A stretch of 63,089 nucleotides of DNA, filler included, from Octopus bimaculoides (GCF_001194135.2; 5 parts of 5 records of this genome joined end to end with filler, not necessarily neighbours in it); one strand, 5' to 3'. Positions 38,096 through 51,105 are shown, counted from the whole stretch's first letter. The notes: generated by a model from the letters alone, not told the origin. Made by a program: numbers and translations.

Positions 38096-38860
38096 TAAGC
38101 ACGTGTCCCTTTTTTGGAGAGGAGGGCTAAATCTGATTCATTAACCCCTAGAAATTTAGCAACGACCCCTTAAAGGTTGACATATCAAACGTGATCCCTT
38201 GGGAATGCATTTCCACTGCACATAATAATGATAAATATAATTTATTACTTAAGCACATGTCTTCAATTTCTTGGGAGGGATAAATTGATTTCATTACCCC
38301 CTAATAATTTCCTAGGGTTTCTAGTTTATCGAACCCCTTGAATAATGATAGAATGCAAAATTCGATCGAAAGAGGGATCTCTACTTAAACACAGTGATCA
38401 AAATGATTTATATTTTAAGCACACGTCCCCGATTTCAGGGAAATGATTAATCGATTTTTATTAACCCCTAGTAAATTGTTAGGGATTCATTTTATCGATC
38501 CCTTGAACGATGAAATATTAAATTTGATCCCTAGGGAGATCTCAAATGTGCATAACGATAAATATGATTTATACGCATTTAAGCACATGCCCTTACTTAT
38601 AAAGGAGGGGACATTTAGGGACATTTTAAGTGTCAAGTAGCCCCTAATAATTTCCTTGGACTCTATTTTATCAATCCCCGAATAATGGAATATTATATTC
38701 TATACCCAAAGGAATTTGAGAGATACGAAATAATAAGAAAGGTTTCTATTTTAAACACACGTCTTCGAATTTGTGGGAGGGCTAAATCTACGCCATTAAC
38801 CCCTAAACATTTGAGAGGGCTCTCTTTTATCAACCCCCAGCAGAATCAATAACAACGAAT
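38096..38860 (-). repeat. Five-unit diverged tandem array (~154-172 bp period) derived from SINE family A
   Basis: Units start TAAGCAC/TAAACAC at 38096, 38250, 38416, 38580 and 38752; most carry GGGAGGG...CCCCTA...TTTATC(G/A)A.CCC, collinear with the SINE A reverse strand. Confidence 0.75.
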
Positions 38861-39001
38861 ATGATTGCCCCCACCCACCACAGGGGGAGATATAAACTTA
38901 ACATAATGATCAAAATTATTATTATTATCATTATTGTAATGGAATAAGCGCCCACATCAAAATTTCAGGCCTTGTGCCTATAGTAGAAAGGATTATTATC
39001 A

Positions 39002-39038
<37 letters not shown>

Positions 39039-39039
39039 G

Positions 39040-39235
39040 GCAGCGAGTCGGCAGAATCGTTAGCACGCCGGACGAAATACTTAGCGGTTTCCATCTACGA
39101 AATCCACTCACAAGGTATTGGTTGGCGCGAGGCTCTTGTAGAGGACACTTGCCCAAAGTGCCACGCAGGGGGAAGAGAACGCGGAACCATGCGATTGGGA
39201 AGCGAGCTTCTTACCACACAGCCACACCTGCTCGT
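39040..39235. mobile_element. SINE A head (+) abutting a family B SINE (-)
   Basis: GGCAGCGAGTCGGCAGAATCGTTAGCACGCCGG, then GAGGACACTTGCCCAAAGTGCCACGCAG...GCGAGCTTCTTACCACACAGCC. Confidence 0.8.
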
Positions 39236-39726
39236 ATNNNNNNNNNNNNNNNNNNNNNNNNNNNNNNNNNNNNNNNNNNNNTTAATTAATTAANNNNNNN
39301 NNNNNNNNNNNNNNNNNNNNNNNNNNNNNNNNNNNNNTATATATATATATATATATATATATATTCATTCAATAGACATCATTTATAACACTAAGTTCAG
39401 CAAGAAGAGTTTGGCCATTCTTTAGAGCTGTCAACAGTGTTCTTTCTAAGACGCGTATACTAAGAGCGATTCTTATTGCTGCTCCGTTAATGTTTCTAGC
39501 TAAAATATGTGAATAGGTGGATCCTTCCTAGCTTCTCTATTTATATATCCTATGAATTGGGACAGGCTATCGGCACGTCATACAAATGTTTTGACAAAAT
39601 GCATGTTGTTGGAACTACAAATGGTGAAACAATAGGCAACGTTTCCTACGACGTAGATTTCAAGAATATCCCTTTACATATTTCATCCATACTCACATAT
39701 ACACACACGCACATACACACACACAG

Positions 39727-39757
<31 letters not shown>

Positions 39758-39816
39758 GAGCAAAGTAGCTACTTAGAAAATTTCTGTAAGAGATGTAAGT
39801 AGTAACCATAATGAGA

Positions 39817-40290
39817 AATAATGGCTGTTCGACGGCCACTGAACAACATGACCGTTCGACGTTACTATCGTTTTTAACCCCAGAAAGATCCTCCTCCAAC
39901 TGGCTACAGATACAATCGACGTCCGAAATATATTGCAAGAACTGGTGATAAACATCACATCTCAATATATTTAGTACTTTCATCTCCCAAAGTTATTTTC
40001 TAACAAGTTAATTTGCTCGTTCCAAGATCAGTAACTGATTTTCTCTCGGTTTTCTAAATACTGCGAGATCGAGCGAATTTCTGCTACCACTGGCGGCCCG
40101 ATGTTAACCACTGACGATAGGCACAAAATAGCCCGAAACCGTTCGCTCTTGTGATCGTATCGTTTGCTAGAAGATAGCAGGTGTTCGCTTCCCTGCTTGC
40201 AATATATACCAGCAAGAGTTTGCAACGATAACCAACTGGAAGTGGCTCTTCTTTGGGTTACAAATGGTAGTTACGTCGAACAGCCATATT
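39817..40290. mobile_element. ~470-bp segment bounded by a 14-bp perfect inverted repeat (MITE-like)
   Basis: ATGGCTGTTCGACG (39821-39834) / CGTCGAACAGCCAT (40274-40287); a second GTTCGACG copy lies at ~39862; no clear TSD. Confidence 0.5.
40111..40144 (+). ncRNA. Degenerate hammerhead-like motif
   Basis: CTGACGA-TA-GGC-ACAAAATA-GCC-C-GAAACCGTTC; one change from a palindromic ACCGGT stem III; stem I is unpaired. Confidence 0.35.
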
Positions 40291-41694
40291 GATGTGTTTA
40301 TAAATATTACTTATATATATATATTCCGCCTATTCCTGGTTAACTTGTTAATATCTTTTCATCCTTACAATTTAAGGTCAAAGGAGGATAACTCTTTTAC
40401 CTTTTTACCATATACTTTTTACATATTAGTTTTTATGTTTTGGTTTTCCGTTTTTCGTCTTCCGTTTTATACCTTCTGTGTTTTATATATGGTGGCTTCT
40501 CATTTCTTTCGCATTTTGTCTGTTATTCAATTTCTTTGGTTCGTTTTGATAAGTGGTTTGTGCCTGAAGAATATGATTGAGATATTTTTCAACTATTGTT
40601 AGCACTTAAAGACATGCATTGTGTCCTTTAAGTAAGTTATATATATATATATATATACACGCATCACACAATCACACACACACATACAAACACACACACG
40701 CTATGCATTCATATAAAGCATACATGCAAAAACACAGTTCTCAAAACGGGTATATACACACTCATATAAGCATATATGTATTAAAGCAAATTTCTAGGTA
40801 AATAAATAACTGAAACGGTTGTAAATATTTCTTTTCACCAGTCGTTTGCACAAAGGCATACGAAGGACATTTATTTCAATGCCTATTGACAGAAATAGAT
40901 TGTATTATGAGCTACAGTTTTACAATCTATATATTTGCGTCACACAAAGCAAGTATGAGTTGGCATTTCGTCTCTTATTTATACAATGTGAATATCCCAG
41001 CCAATGGAATTGTGAGCACATCTTAGCTGTGTATACAGATTATAGAAATACTAAGCGTTCGTGAATCAATATAAAACCTTATATTGTAAACACTGTATAT
41101 TTGCGTGTTTTTGCTTCAACCACCGCGTCTATGTATAACATCAACTATATAATTAAAACCATCATGGCTTCTTGTAGTTGTGTATGTAGATATTAGTGAT
41201 CCTTGCTAGATATAACGAAAGCGTAAATATTTGTATCCCTCATTGGAGCATTAAATAGAATCCTTTGCTTGACCTTTATTCATCTGAAATATGTATTAAT
41301 GGCTGTGCTAGCATATTGGTATTTCCTTTGCAAAATATGGTTTCCAGCAATTAGGTGCAATGAGGCAGAGTAGAATAAACCGTCTTGTCCTGAAAATCGA
41401 TAGAATACGAGAAATTCATTTTAACTCATGATCTCAGAACGGGGAGATGTTATAATTCACCCAGCTATTTCTACATGTAAAAAGTAATGGACATCTCCTA
41501 ATTGTAAACCCAGCTATTGGAGGTGAAGAGCAATTCGATATAGTTTTTTTTTGTAGAAGTAAATTTTATTATATCATTGGGAGCTAGAGTTATGCCATTG
41601 TGTTTTATGAGGGGCTCTGAATGTATTTACAACTGTAGTCCTTAAATAAAAATATTTCAGTAAAAAAAAAAAAACCAGAACATATAACCTTTTA

Positions 41695-42010
41695 AGGGTT
41701 TCAATCATTAGACTGCAACCATGTACGGCACCAACTTCAAAAATTTCAGTGGAGCGAATCAATTCCAGTACTTATTCTTTTTAAGCCTCGCACTTATTCT
41801 ATCGGTCTCTTTTGCTGAAATAAATTACAGGCACGTAAACACACCAGCATTGGTTATCAAGCGGTAGTGGGAAACTAACACAACCACATATATGAACATA
41901 CATACCCACACAAACACACACACTCACGTACACATAATTTTTTTCTTCACTCCCAAGATCTTGGTCAGCATGTGGCTATTGTAGAGGACACGTATGCAGG
42001 GTGTCACGCA
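41695..42010 (-). mobile_element. Degenerate SINE fragments
   Basis: TACTTATTCTATCGGTCTCTTTTGCTGAA...ACGTAAACACACCAGCATTGGTTATCAAGCGG (related to ~12148) and GGCTATTGTAGAGGACAC (family B, as at ~39130). Confidence 0.55.
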
Positions 42011-42708
42011 CCCCAACACACGCACGCCTACACCTAGAAACAATTTAAGATTAAAATCTTCCGAAAAATAGAGAACCTTGATTGGTACAAACAACTACTA
42101 AATTTTACAGCTAAATATCTTGAAACTTATATCACATGTTTTAAAAAAACAGGTTGAGCTAAATAATCATAACTATGTTACAAGTTTAATAACAACCAAT
42201 GCAAGGTAACGCCAGTCCTTTGCTTGTGTCGTAAGGTTTGTTAACGAAGCATCTCTAATATTCTAATACGAAGTTTTGGATATCAACAGAAACAGCTTAT
42301 TTTAAAAACAAAATCATCGGAGAGCTTTAATGTTGATATTACTGGGTATTACATTCAATGAGTGCATAGATTAAAACTGTTGCCGAAGATGCGTCAAAAC
42401 GTGTGAATCATGTCTTAGGAATGATTGCCATACAATATAGATAAATCTGCTTCACTGGTACATGGCGTACGTTCAATATGTGTTGTTAGTAACAGTAGCA
42501 GAAAATGATGTGAATATATTATTCACGCTGTAGCAGATGTTTATGTCCACTGAATAGATCGTTAGTTTCTACAATCTCTATTAAAGCTTAAAATTGACGA
42601 GGTGTACAGAAACCTGAACCAAATACAACTGAAACTGACTTATGTTGCGCTTTTAAAAAGAGATATTTCAAGTAAGGAAGAGAGAAAGAGAGATAAATCG
42701 AGAGAGAA

Positions 42709-42777
<69 letters not shown>

Positions 42778-42949
42778 ATATAGAGGAACACTTTAGAATA
42801 TAATTAAAGACAAAGAAAGAAAAATGGATTAGAGAAAATGAAAAATGGTGTTTATGAGACATAAGACGATCTATTAGCACTCACATTTCACACAAATTAC
42901 ACCGTACTATTTTAAAATAGGATAAGGTATTCTTAAAGCAAGCATTCAT

Positions 42950-43335
42950 ATTTCTGTGGTGAAGAAGTGTACCCACGAGATTCGGACTCGGTTCCTTTCC
43001 ATGTTTTTGTGACTCAGAATTTCGATTCGCATCTACGTGGTTTGGGCTCACTCCCCTTCGGTGACACATATCATATACAGATATAATTGTGTGGTTAACA
43101 AATTCGCTTTGTATTCACGAGTTTCAGGCTCGGTTCCCGCTCGTGTGTGCGTATAACTAATAAGTTCGTACCGAAACCACGTCGTTGCGGACAAGTGTCC
43201 TTGCGAACCAGATTGTATAATATGCAGGAATCACTGTGTCGTTATGAAGTTTTCTTCACATCCACCGGTCAATCGGACTCAGCTCCCCTGCAAAGCATCT
43301 AGGCTGATGTGCTCTCTATTATAGCATCGAGGGTC
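42950..43335 (+). repeat. Tandem run of about five decayed family B SINE heads
   Basis: Units near 42954, 42998, 43087, 43150 and 43230 each align loosely to TGTGTGGTAAGAAGCTTGCTTCCCAACCACATGGTTCCGGGTTCAGTCCC. Confidence 0.55.
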
Positions 43336-45372
43336 TAATGCTAGTCCGTTTTTGCCCCTGTAGCATTCGACTCGACAAAAAGTATCAGACAATAAATATG
43401 ATGCTTAAATAGAATACTGGAATCGTCTAAGTTGTTGCTATTTAGCTGCAAACCAATGACTGATAAATACAAACCAATAAAAGAGTAAGAGAATCATGGA
43501 TGCAATGTTTCAAACAATCGACACAAGGAGAACAGAACAAGATGGGCATGGTTGTATTGTCTTTCATTTATGGTTTGTTCGATCTAGGCCGCTATCATAG
43601 AAAATCAACATCCATATAAATTCTAAAATCACATTTGCGCTGCCAAAATCGAGAGCACACAAAATCAATTGATTTTATGAACATGAAAAACAAGTGAAAG
43701 ACTGATGGCAATTTCTAAGTGTTAACCAATGAATCAGAGAGAAAATGCATTTACAACCTCACGACAAATATATTTTGAAATCTTAATTTTAAGTAAATTT
43801 GTTCTGCGATTTCAGACTACTTGTGAAATGTCTGTTGTTCTAGTAATTATAAGAAGAATTAGTTTCCAAATAAGTTGTGACATATCCAGAAAGTTTCTGT
43901 TTAAAAGAGACTCGAGTGTAATTTAACTTTCCCAGTATATTGTATCATTCTATGGACTGTTGCCACAGGCTAGACACCGCATTTCACACGAATGCGTGCT
44001 CAAACACACAAACATACATAATATACAGAGGTACATACACTATACACATAAACACACAAACATAGATATGAAGGTTCGTAATCTAGTGAATGCCAATGAA
44101 TGCCATTTCTATACCTGAAAGAATAAACATATCAAACATTACATATAACATTTTGACCTGTTTCTACGCATGTTGTTAAAATTTGAAGCTATTTGAACAA
44201 GAACTGGCAAAGTTATTAGATTACGAAATGATATAAAATTTTTTGAAACACCTTGTATATATATATATATATATATNNNNNNNNNNNNNNNNNNNNNNNN
44301 NNNNNNNNNNNNNNNNNNNNNNNNNNNNNNNNNNNNNNNNNNNNNNNNNNNNNNNNNNNNNNNNNNNNNNNNNNNNNNNNNNNNNNNNNNNNNNNNNNNN
44401 NNNNNNNNNNNNNNNNNNNNNNNNNNNNNNNNNNNNNNNNNNNNNNNNNNNNNNNNNNNNNNNNNNNNNNNNNNNNNNNNNNNNNNNNNNNNNNNNNNNN
44501 NNNNNNNNNNNNNNNNNNNNNNNNNNNNNNNNNNNNNNNNNNNNNNNNNNNNNNNNNNNNNNNNNNNNNNNNNNNNNNNNNNNNNNNNNNNNNNNNNNNN
44601 NNNNNNNNNNNNNNNNNNNNNNNNNNNNNNNNNNNNNNNNNNNNNNNNNNNNNNNNNNNTGTGTGCGTGTATGTATGTATATATATGTATCTATATGTAT
44701 ATATGAACTATACTGTTAATAGACATATACTCGGTTATATCTTGAAGTGTCTATGATGTTAATCTCCGAAATAAACTAGGTAGTATTATGGTGTGAGAGA
44801 AATAATTCTCAGGGAGTAGAACTTGTTGACGCTGAATTTAGACGCAAAATAACTCATATGTTGGGGAAAAAATTACGCACAAAAAATAAAAATAAATATA
44901 ATATTTGAGATACAATCTTGTCCATTAAATCTCTAATTAAAATTTAAGTTGTTTAAAATAAGGCTAATCCTTTAAATTCCTAATCTCCCAACTTATCCCG
45001 ATCGATAATGCTGCAAATTATACATTTTAAACAAAACGCAAGCAAGATATAGTTACTGTAAAAACCATGAAGCCCATAATCTGAACCCACAACTGCCGCA
45101 TGGTCGGAGGTATAGACCAATAACCGAAACGTGATGCGAATTCAGCTGATAAAGACCAGGTCTCTTAAGCAAAAAGCGCTCGGAAAATGCATGATATAGA
45201 GGGCGCATACACAAATCATATAAGCTAAGAAACTCAATGTTGGAACATTCAATGTTTATACACACACACACGTAGATATATATATGTGTGTATGTGTGTC
45301 TGCGTGTGTGTGTGTCTATGTACGTTGATACAGTTCTATATTTAAGACTTGAAGAATTATGTACATTATTTG

Positions 45373-45510
45373 CATTATTTACATTCAACGGATATTTGTC
45401 CTCATCTTGTTTGTTGTTAACACAACGTTTCGGCTGATATACCCTCCAGCCTTCATCGGGTGTCTTGGGGAAATTTCGAATCTGGGTTCTCATTCCTAAG
45501 GCATTTTTGA

Positions 45511-45514
<4 letters not shown>
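45373..45514 (-). mobile_element. Short hammerhead-bearing repeat, copy 2 of 3
   Basis: Aligns to 3751-3880 and 45676-45799; 5' end abuts (AAT)n. Confidence 0.85.
45419..45464 (-). ncRNA. Minimal type I hammerhead ribozyme (dimer type), best-preserved copy
   Basis: GACAC-CCGATGA-A-GGCTG-GAGGGTATAT-CAGCC-GAAACGTT-GTGTT. Stem I GACAC/GUGUU (5 bp including G-U), stem II GGCUG/CAGCC, palindromic ACGU stem III, GUU triplet; predicted cut between 45424 and 45423. Confidence 0.7.
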
Positions 45515-45589
<75 letters not shown>

Positions 45590-45596
45590 GTAGTGG

Positions 45597-45671
<75 letters not shown>

Positions 45672-45675
45672 CAAC

Positions 45676-45799
45676 AACATCGAAAAATACCTCAGGAAGG
45701 AGATACCAGATTCGAAATTTCCCTAAGACACCTGATGAATGCTTGAGTTTATATCAGCCGGAACGTTGTGTTAACAACAAACAAGATACGGACAAATAT
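45676..45799 (+). mobile_element. Short hammerhead-bearing repeat, copy 3 of 3
   Basis: GACAC-CTGATGA-A-TGCTT...CAGCC-GGAACGTT-GTGTT (45727-45772); GAAA box and stem II are mutated. Confidence 0.8.
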
Positions 45800-47262
45800 T
45801 ATTATTATTATTATTACTACTAATAATACTATTTTCATAACAGCCTTCTTGCCATAATATTTGTAAAAACATTATTTATTTTACAATACGATATTGTTTT
45901 TTAATTGAGTAGAAGATTTAATTGCAGAAATAATCAAGAGCAGACACACGTGACATCATTGTTTAAATCAGTGTTATTTTTCTAATATTAATTTGAAAAA
46001 AAAAAATTAAAAGATTGGCGTCAGTTTTTAGAGAATTGTCAGAGATGGACAAGTGCGAACTAAACAATTCCCCTTCACTGAACAAGAGGAGGAGGGGAAA
46101 CGCATGCGATTTGTTCTCTTCTTAGTGTAACTGTGACAGCAGTTCATGTCAAAAATATGAGGGCAAATTTCAAGAATAAATGACCCGCGTGTTATATCAC
46201 CATCTTCCCCGTTACTTTAATCATCACTACATCCAAATCTACCAGACCCATTAACAGTACCACACTGCTTAGAGTGGTGTCAAGAAGAAAATCACCGTCA
46301 CCGTTTCTTGTAGCAAAAACACCAACAAGAACAATAACATTATTAACAACTGTAGTCATTCAATCGCCGTCGACGCTAACAACGGCTAGTCATGCATTAC
46401 CTTGTGGCTTTGAGATTTCAATGACGTGATTGTTTATTTTTAGAATAATATTGCAGGGTAAGTGTAAAAGACCAGACCTGGCCAGTTTGAAGTAAAATTA
46501 ATAGATTATTTTGACTTGATATAACTGGTTTAAAAACTAAAGGATTAATGAAGTACACTAGGTTTGAATAGCAAGAACAAACGCCACAACGTCACCGCCG
46601 TGAATACATCTCTGTTTCAAAACGGTTAAGAAGACGATCAATAGGATTTTATCATGTGAACGTGACTACAATTTCGTTTCAGATGGGCTGTAATCGCTTG
46701 GATTGTTTAGATGGGACGGACAGTTTTGAATTTTGTCGATTGGCATAATTTTATAACTCCTATACTTATACAAACACGTTACGAGTTTTTTTTTCTTTCT
46801 TCACAAGAAAAAAAAACTAGTAGGATATATCTTTATTAGACAAGCACACAAGGTGAAATTAACAAATACAGTACAGAATAATTTGGGGAAAACTTTAGTC
46901 CGTTTATCTCGCAAATCAAGAGACTGCATAGGAGCTCCCTCACTGGCATATTTTGGATATTTCTAAAGAAATAATCAAAGTGTGTACATCCTTAAAGTGG
47001 CTACTTCTAACCGCACACAAATTGATTTGTTTAACGACAATGTATGCATTGCCAGAGGTGAGACTTCATAACTATTATCTAAATATCAATATCAGTCTCT
47101 GAATTGTGATTAGTTCTACAGAAATTCCTTTCGCTGGAGAAATAGAATTTGTCAAGACATCACTGTTAATTATGGATTAGCAGAACATTTTTATAATCAT
47201 CTTAAATATTCCGAACAGATACTAAAGTTCTGTATTGAGAGATTTGCCAACAGCATCGGGCT

Positions 47263-47329
<67 letters not shown>

Positions 47330-47579
47330 ACAATACCATCATTCTGCCAAAACCGCTGCGATATTACACAATCGAAAGAATGTCATATTGGCTAGCGATA
47401 TCATCACAACAACTACCACCACCATGACACTTTGCTTACAGCATCGCTGCACATTATAACAACGAAGTAACATCCTTGCCAACGGTTGCAGTACCAAAAC
47501 CCCGCTTCCAAGTATCTATTAGCGTCGTCATCCAACCGTCTCCAGAATCACACTTCGCCAGTGCCGTTGTTACGCGTTA

Positions 47580-47784
47580 CTAACAGCGCAAAGTCGTCTG
47601 TTCAACAACAGCAGAAATAGCACAATCACTAATATTGCACACGCTAAGATCAAGTTCTCCAGCAACATCACAATGATCATCAGTTCGCCAGTCCTTTACA
47701 TTATTTGAAAGTCGAATCTCTAATGAGATTCGCCTTTCAAATGATTCAGGTGCATTGATTAATTTGTTTTCTGAAGGTCTGGAA
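47580..47784 (-). CDS. Candidate terminal coding exon of an unidentified gene
   Basis: Acceptor-like CCCTTACACCTGTTTCAG| then an open frame SRPSENKLINAPESFERRISLEIRLSNNVKDWRTDDHCDVAGELDLSVCNISDCAISAVVEQTTLRC ending in tandem TAG TAA. Non-repetitive; no recognisable family. Confidence 0.35.
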
Positions 47785-48845
47785 CTGAAACAGGTGTAAG
47801 GGATGTTTGTCAATATTGTAATCAATAAATAATAATTTATTAATTACGTCTCTTTTTTCTTATCTCGTCTTATCTATATATATATATATAATGCAAACAT
47901 CATTAACTCCATTAAGATGAGCATAGCTTTTGTGCACAAACATAAACTAAAACAGGCTTCTCTTCTCACGTAGCGTAGATCTTTTACAGTTAAATTAGTG
48001 ATTGAGATAACGCCAAGCAACCAATTGCTGAGGCCTTATTATGATTGGTGAAACTACGTATGATGGATGACATGATTACTGACAAGAGGCCTTCCTGAAT
48101 TTTTGTAAATATGTTAAGCTATTAGGAATTGCAATAATTCTAATATTGCACAGAAATGTTAGACACGGTGAAATGATTCATATATGAGACGTGCAAGATT
48201 GAATGTTCTCGCTGCTTTCAAATACAGAACATTTATCCATATTGCACATGTGCATTATGAAAACGCACTGACAGAAACAGCAGTTGTGTTGTACTGAATA
48301 AATTGCTAACTATGCTTCGGTGGATTGCGTTCTACGATCAGGGGTCCAATTCTGAGCTAAGTGTTGATATCAATTGAACCTATCAATTTCCATTTGAACA
48401 TGCGAGCTCAAACGCAATTACGTATATGTACAAACGTAGAAATAAGCACACACGCGCAAACACACACACACACACACCCACAAACGTACATGTGTGAGGT
48501 GAGCTTGCTCGTGCATATACATATATACCTGTGTGTGCATATATATATCATGTATGTACAAAATCATACGTATATATATAAATACACGCACACATTCACA
48601 CNNNNNNNNNNNNNNNNNNNNNNNNNNNNNNNNNNNNNNNNNNNNNNNNNNNNNNNNNNNNNNNNNNNNNNNNNNNNNNNNNNNNNNNNNNNNNNNNNNN
48701 NNNNNNNNNNNNNNNNNNNNNNNNNNNNNNNNNNNNNNNNNNNNNNNNNNNNNNNNNNNNNNNNNNNNNNNNNNNNNNNNNNNNNNNNNNNNNNNNNNNN
48801 NNNNNNNNNNNNNNNNNNNNNNNNNNNNNNNNNNNNNNNNNNNNN

Positions 48846-48889
<44 letters not shown>

Positions 48890-49233
48890 TATATATACAT
48901 ATATATTTGTAACCTGTAGTGAAATCACGTTGGTATTCAAGAGGCAAGTGACGAGGAGTGTTCATCGATATATTTCCATGCTTTCGAGCTCCTTAATGTC
49001 TCGGAGCATGGTTACTGGCCCGTTTCATTAGTTTTAGTACTCAGGATACTGTATGCTCTTCATTCGCTTCATCCTGCGTTGGCAAAGTTTATATTAAGTG
49101 AACGGGTATGGATTTATGCCAGAGTAAAACTGTTGGGTTAACATTTACAATTTTCCAACATGAAAACTTAGTTATGCCGCAGATATAATAAATATACACA
49201 CATACACACTCACACATATATGTACAGACATAT

Positions 49234-49273
<40 letters not shown>

Positions 49274-50322
49274 ATATCTGTGTGTAGGTATATATACGTA
49301 TGTATGCAGAGAAAATTATTGAAATAAAGAGATAATAGCTTAGGTTTTAATGTACAAACTATATATTCACGTAAAAAGAGAAGGCACACTTTGAATTTTC
49401 AGAAGATTAGCAAACAAATAAAACTATATATATCAATGCTATTATGTCAATTTGTCGTATGTTTTAATTTGGCCAAATGCGTTTTTCTTCCATTCTTATT
49501 TTTACTTGAAATAGCCGGTTCGTTTTGTCAAACTATCGTATATTCAGCTGCTTCAGATGCCACGATATTAAAAATTGTCAAAGATCTTTCTAGGTGTAAC
49601 TCTATGGTCATTCATGTCCGGTTAATATATATCTTGAATATAACCTTTTTTATCAATCTCCGTGGGTTTCGAAACCGGAATGTTAAGGGGCTTAACTAAA
49701 TGTTTCATATAACTTTCAGCGTTTCCGCCATCCACCGTATTTCTGATAACAGAATGTTATTAGTTATATGAGCAGAGAATTGCACAGATTCATCATTTTA
49801 AATGGACAACAAATTTAATAAAATCAAATTAAATTAAAAATCTAATATAACAGTACGTGTTTAATATTAACCCTGTTATATACGGACAGGCACATACGTG
49901 AGTGAACGTGCGGGTGCGTGTGTTTGTGTAGAAATCAGTGTGTATGCACACACACACGTTCACACACACACATATATATATATATGTATGTATATATGTG
50001 TGTCTGTCTGTATATATATATATATATANNNNNNNNNNNNNNNNNNNNNNNNNNNNNNNNNNNNNNNNNNNNNNNNNNNNNNNNNNNNNNNNNNNNNNNN
50101 NNNNNNNNNNNNNNNNNNNNNNNNNNNNNNNNNNNNNNNNNNNNNNNNNNNNNNNNNNNNNNNNNNNNNNNNNNNNNNNNNNNNNNNNNNNNNNNNNNNN
50201 NNNNNNNNNNNNNNNNNNNNNNNNNNNNNNNNNNNNNNNNNNNNNNNNNNNNNNNNNNNNNNNNNNNNNNNNNNNNNNNNNNNNNNNNNNNNNNNNNNNN
50301 NNNNNNNNNNNNNNNNNNNNNN

Positions 50323-50363
<41 letters not shown>

Positions 50364-50378
50364 TATACATATATATAC

Positions 50379-50414
<36 letters not shown>

Positions 50415-50926
50415 CTGTGTGTCTGTGTATGTGAGCGTATGTGTGTGTATTCACATGTGTGTCGGTGTGGCGTATATACATATATTACACATAAACATAA
50501 ACACATAGAAATATATATAGATACACACGTTTTTATGCCCACACATACAATCTTGTATGTGCGTGTGTATTATACGTGCGTGTGGGGGGGGGGAATGAGA
50601 CTGTCTGTATTTATATTTTTGTAAGCACGTACGCAAGTAAACTGACATGAAATTTATATGTAGCTATGCACGAATATATGTATACACACTCACGCACGCC
50701 CACACACACACATACACACATACGCATATTTATAGATGTATATTAGTATGTGAGTATGAATATAAGTTTGTACGCATGAATATTCATCACATAATAATAC
50801 AGAGGATTCAGATCTGAATACAAAGTGTATCTAATGAAATTTAATGCACATATGAAGAGTTACACTCTGAGCGTACATATACGTTACAGATTGTAAAATT
50901 AATATGAACATGTATCGCGGCGAGCT

Positions 50927-51105
50927 GGTAGTAGCGTTAGCATAACGAGCAAAATTATTAGCAGCATTTCGTCTGTCTATACGTTCTGAGTTCAAATTCC
51001 GCTGCTGTCGACTTTGCCGTTCGTCTATCGGTGTCGAAGGTGGAGGCGCAATGGCCCAGTGGTTAGGGCAGTGGACTCGCGGTAATAGGATCGCGGGTTC
51101 GGTTA
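50927..51105 (+). mobile_element. SINE A 5' half fused to another tRNA-like head
   Basis: GCGGCGAGCTGG...GTTCTGAGTTCAAATTCCGC...GTCGACTTTGCC then GGAGGCGCAATGGCCCAGTGGTTAGGGCAG...GGGTTCG. Confidence 0.75.
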
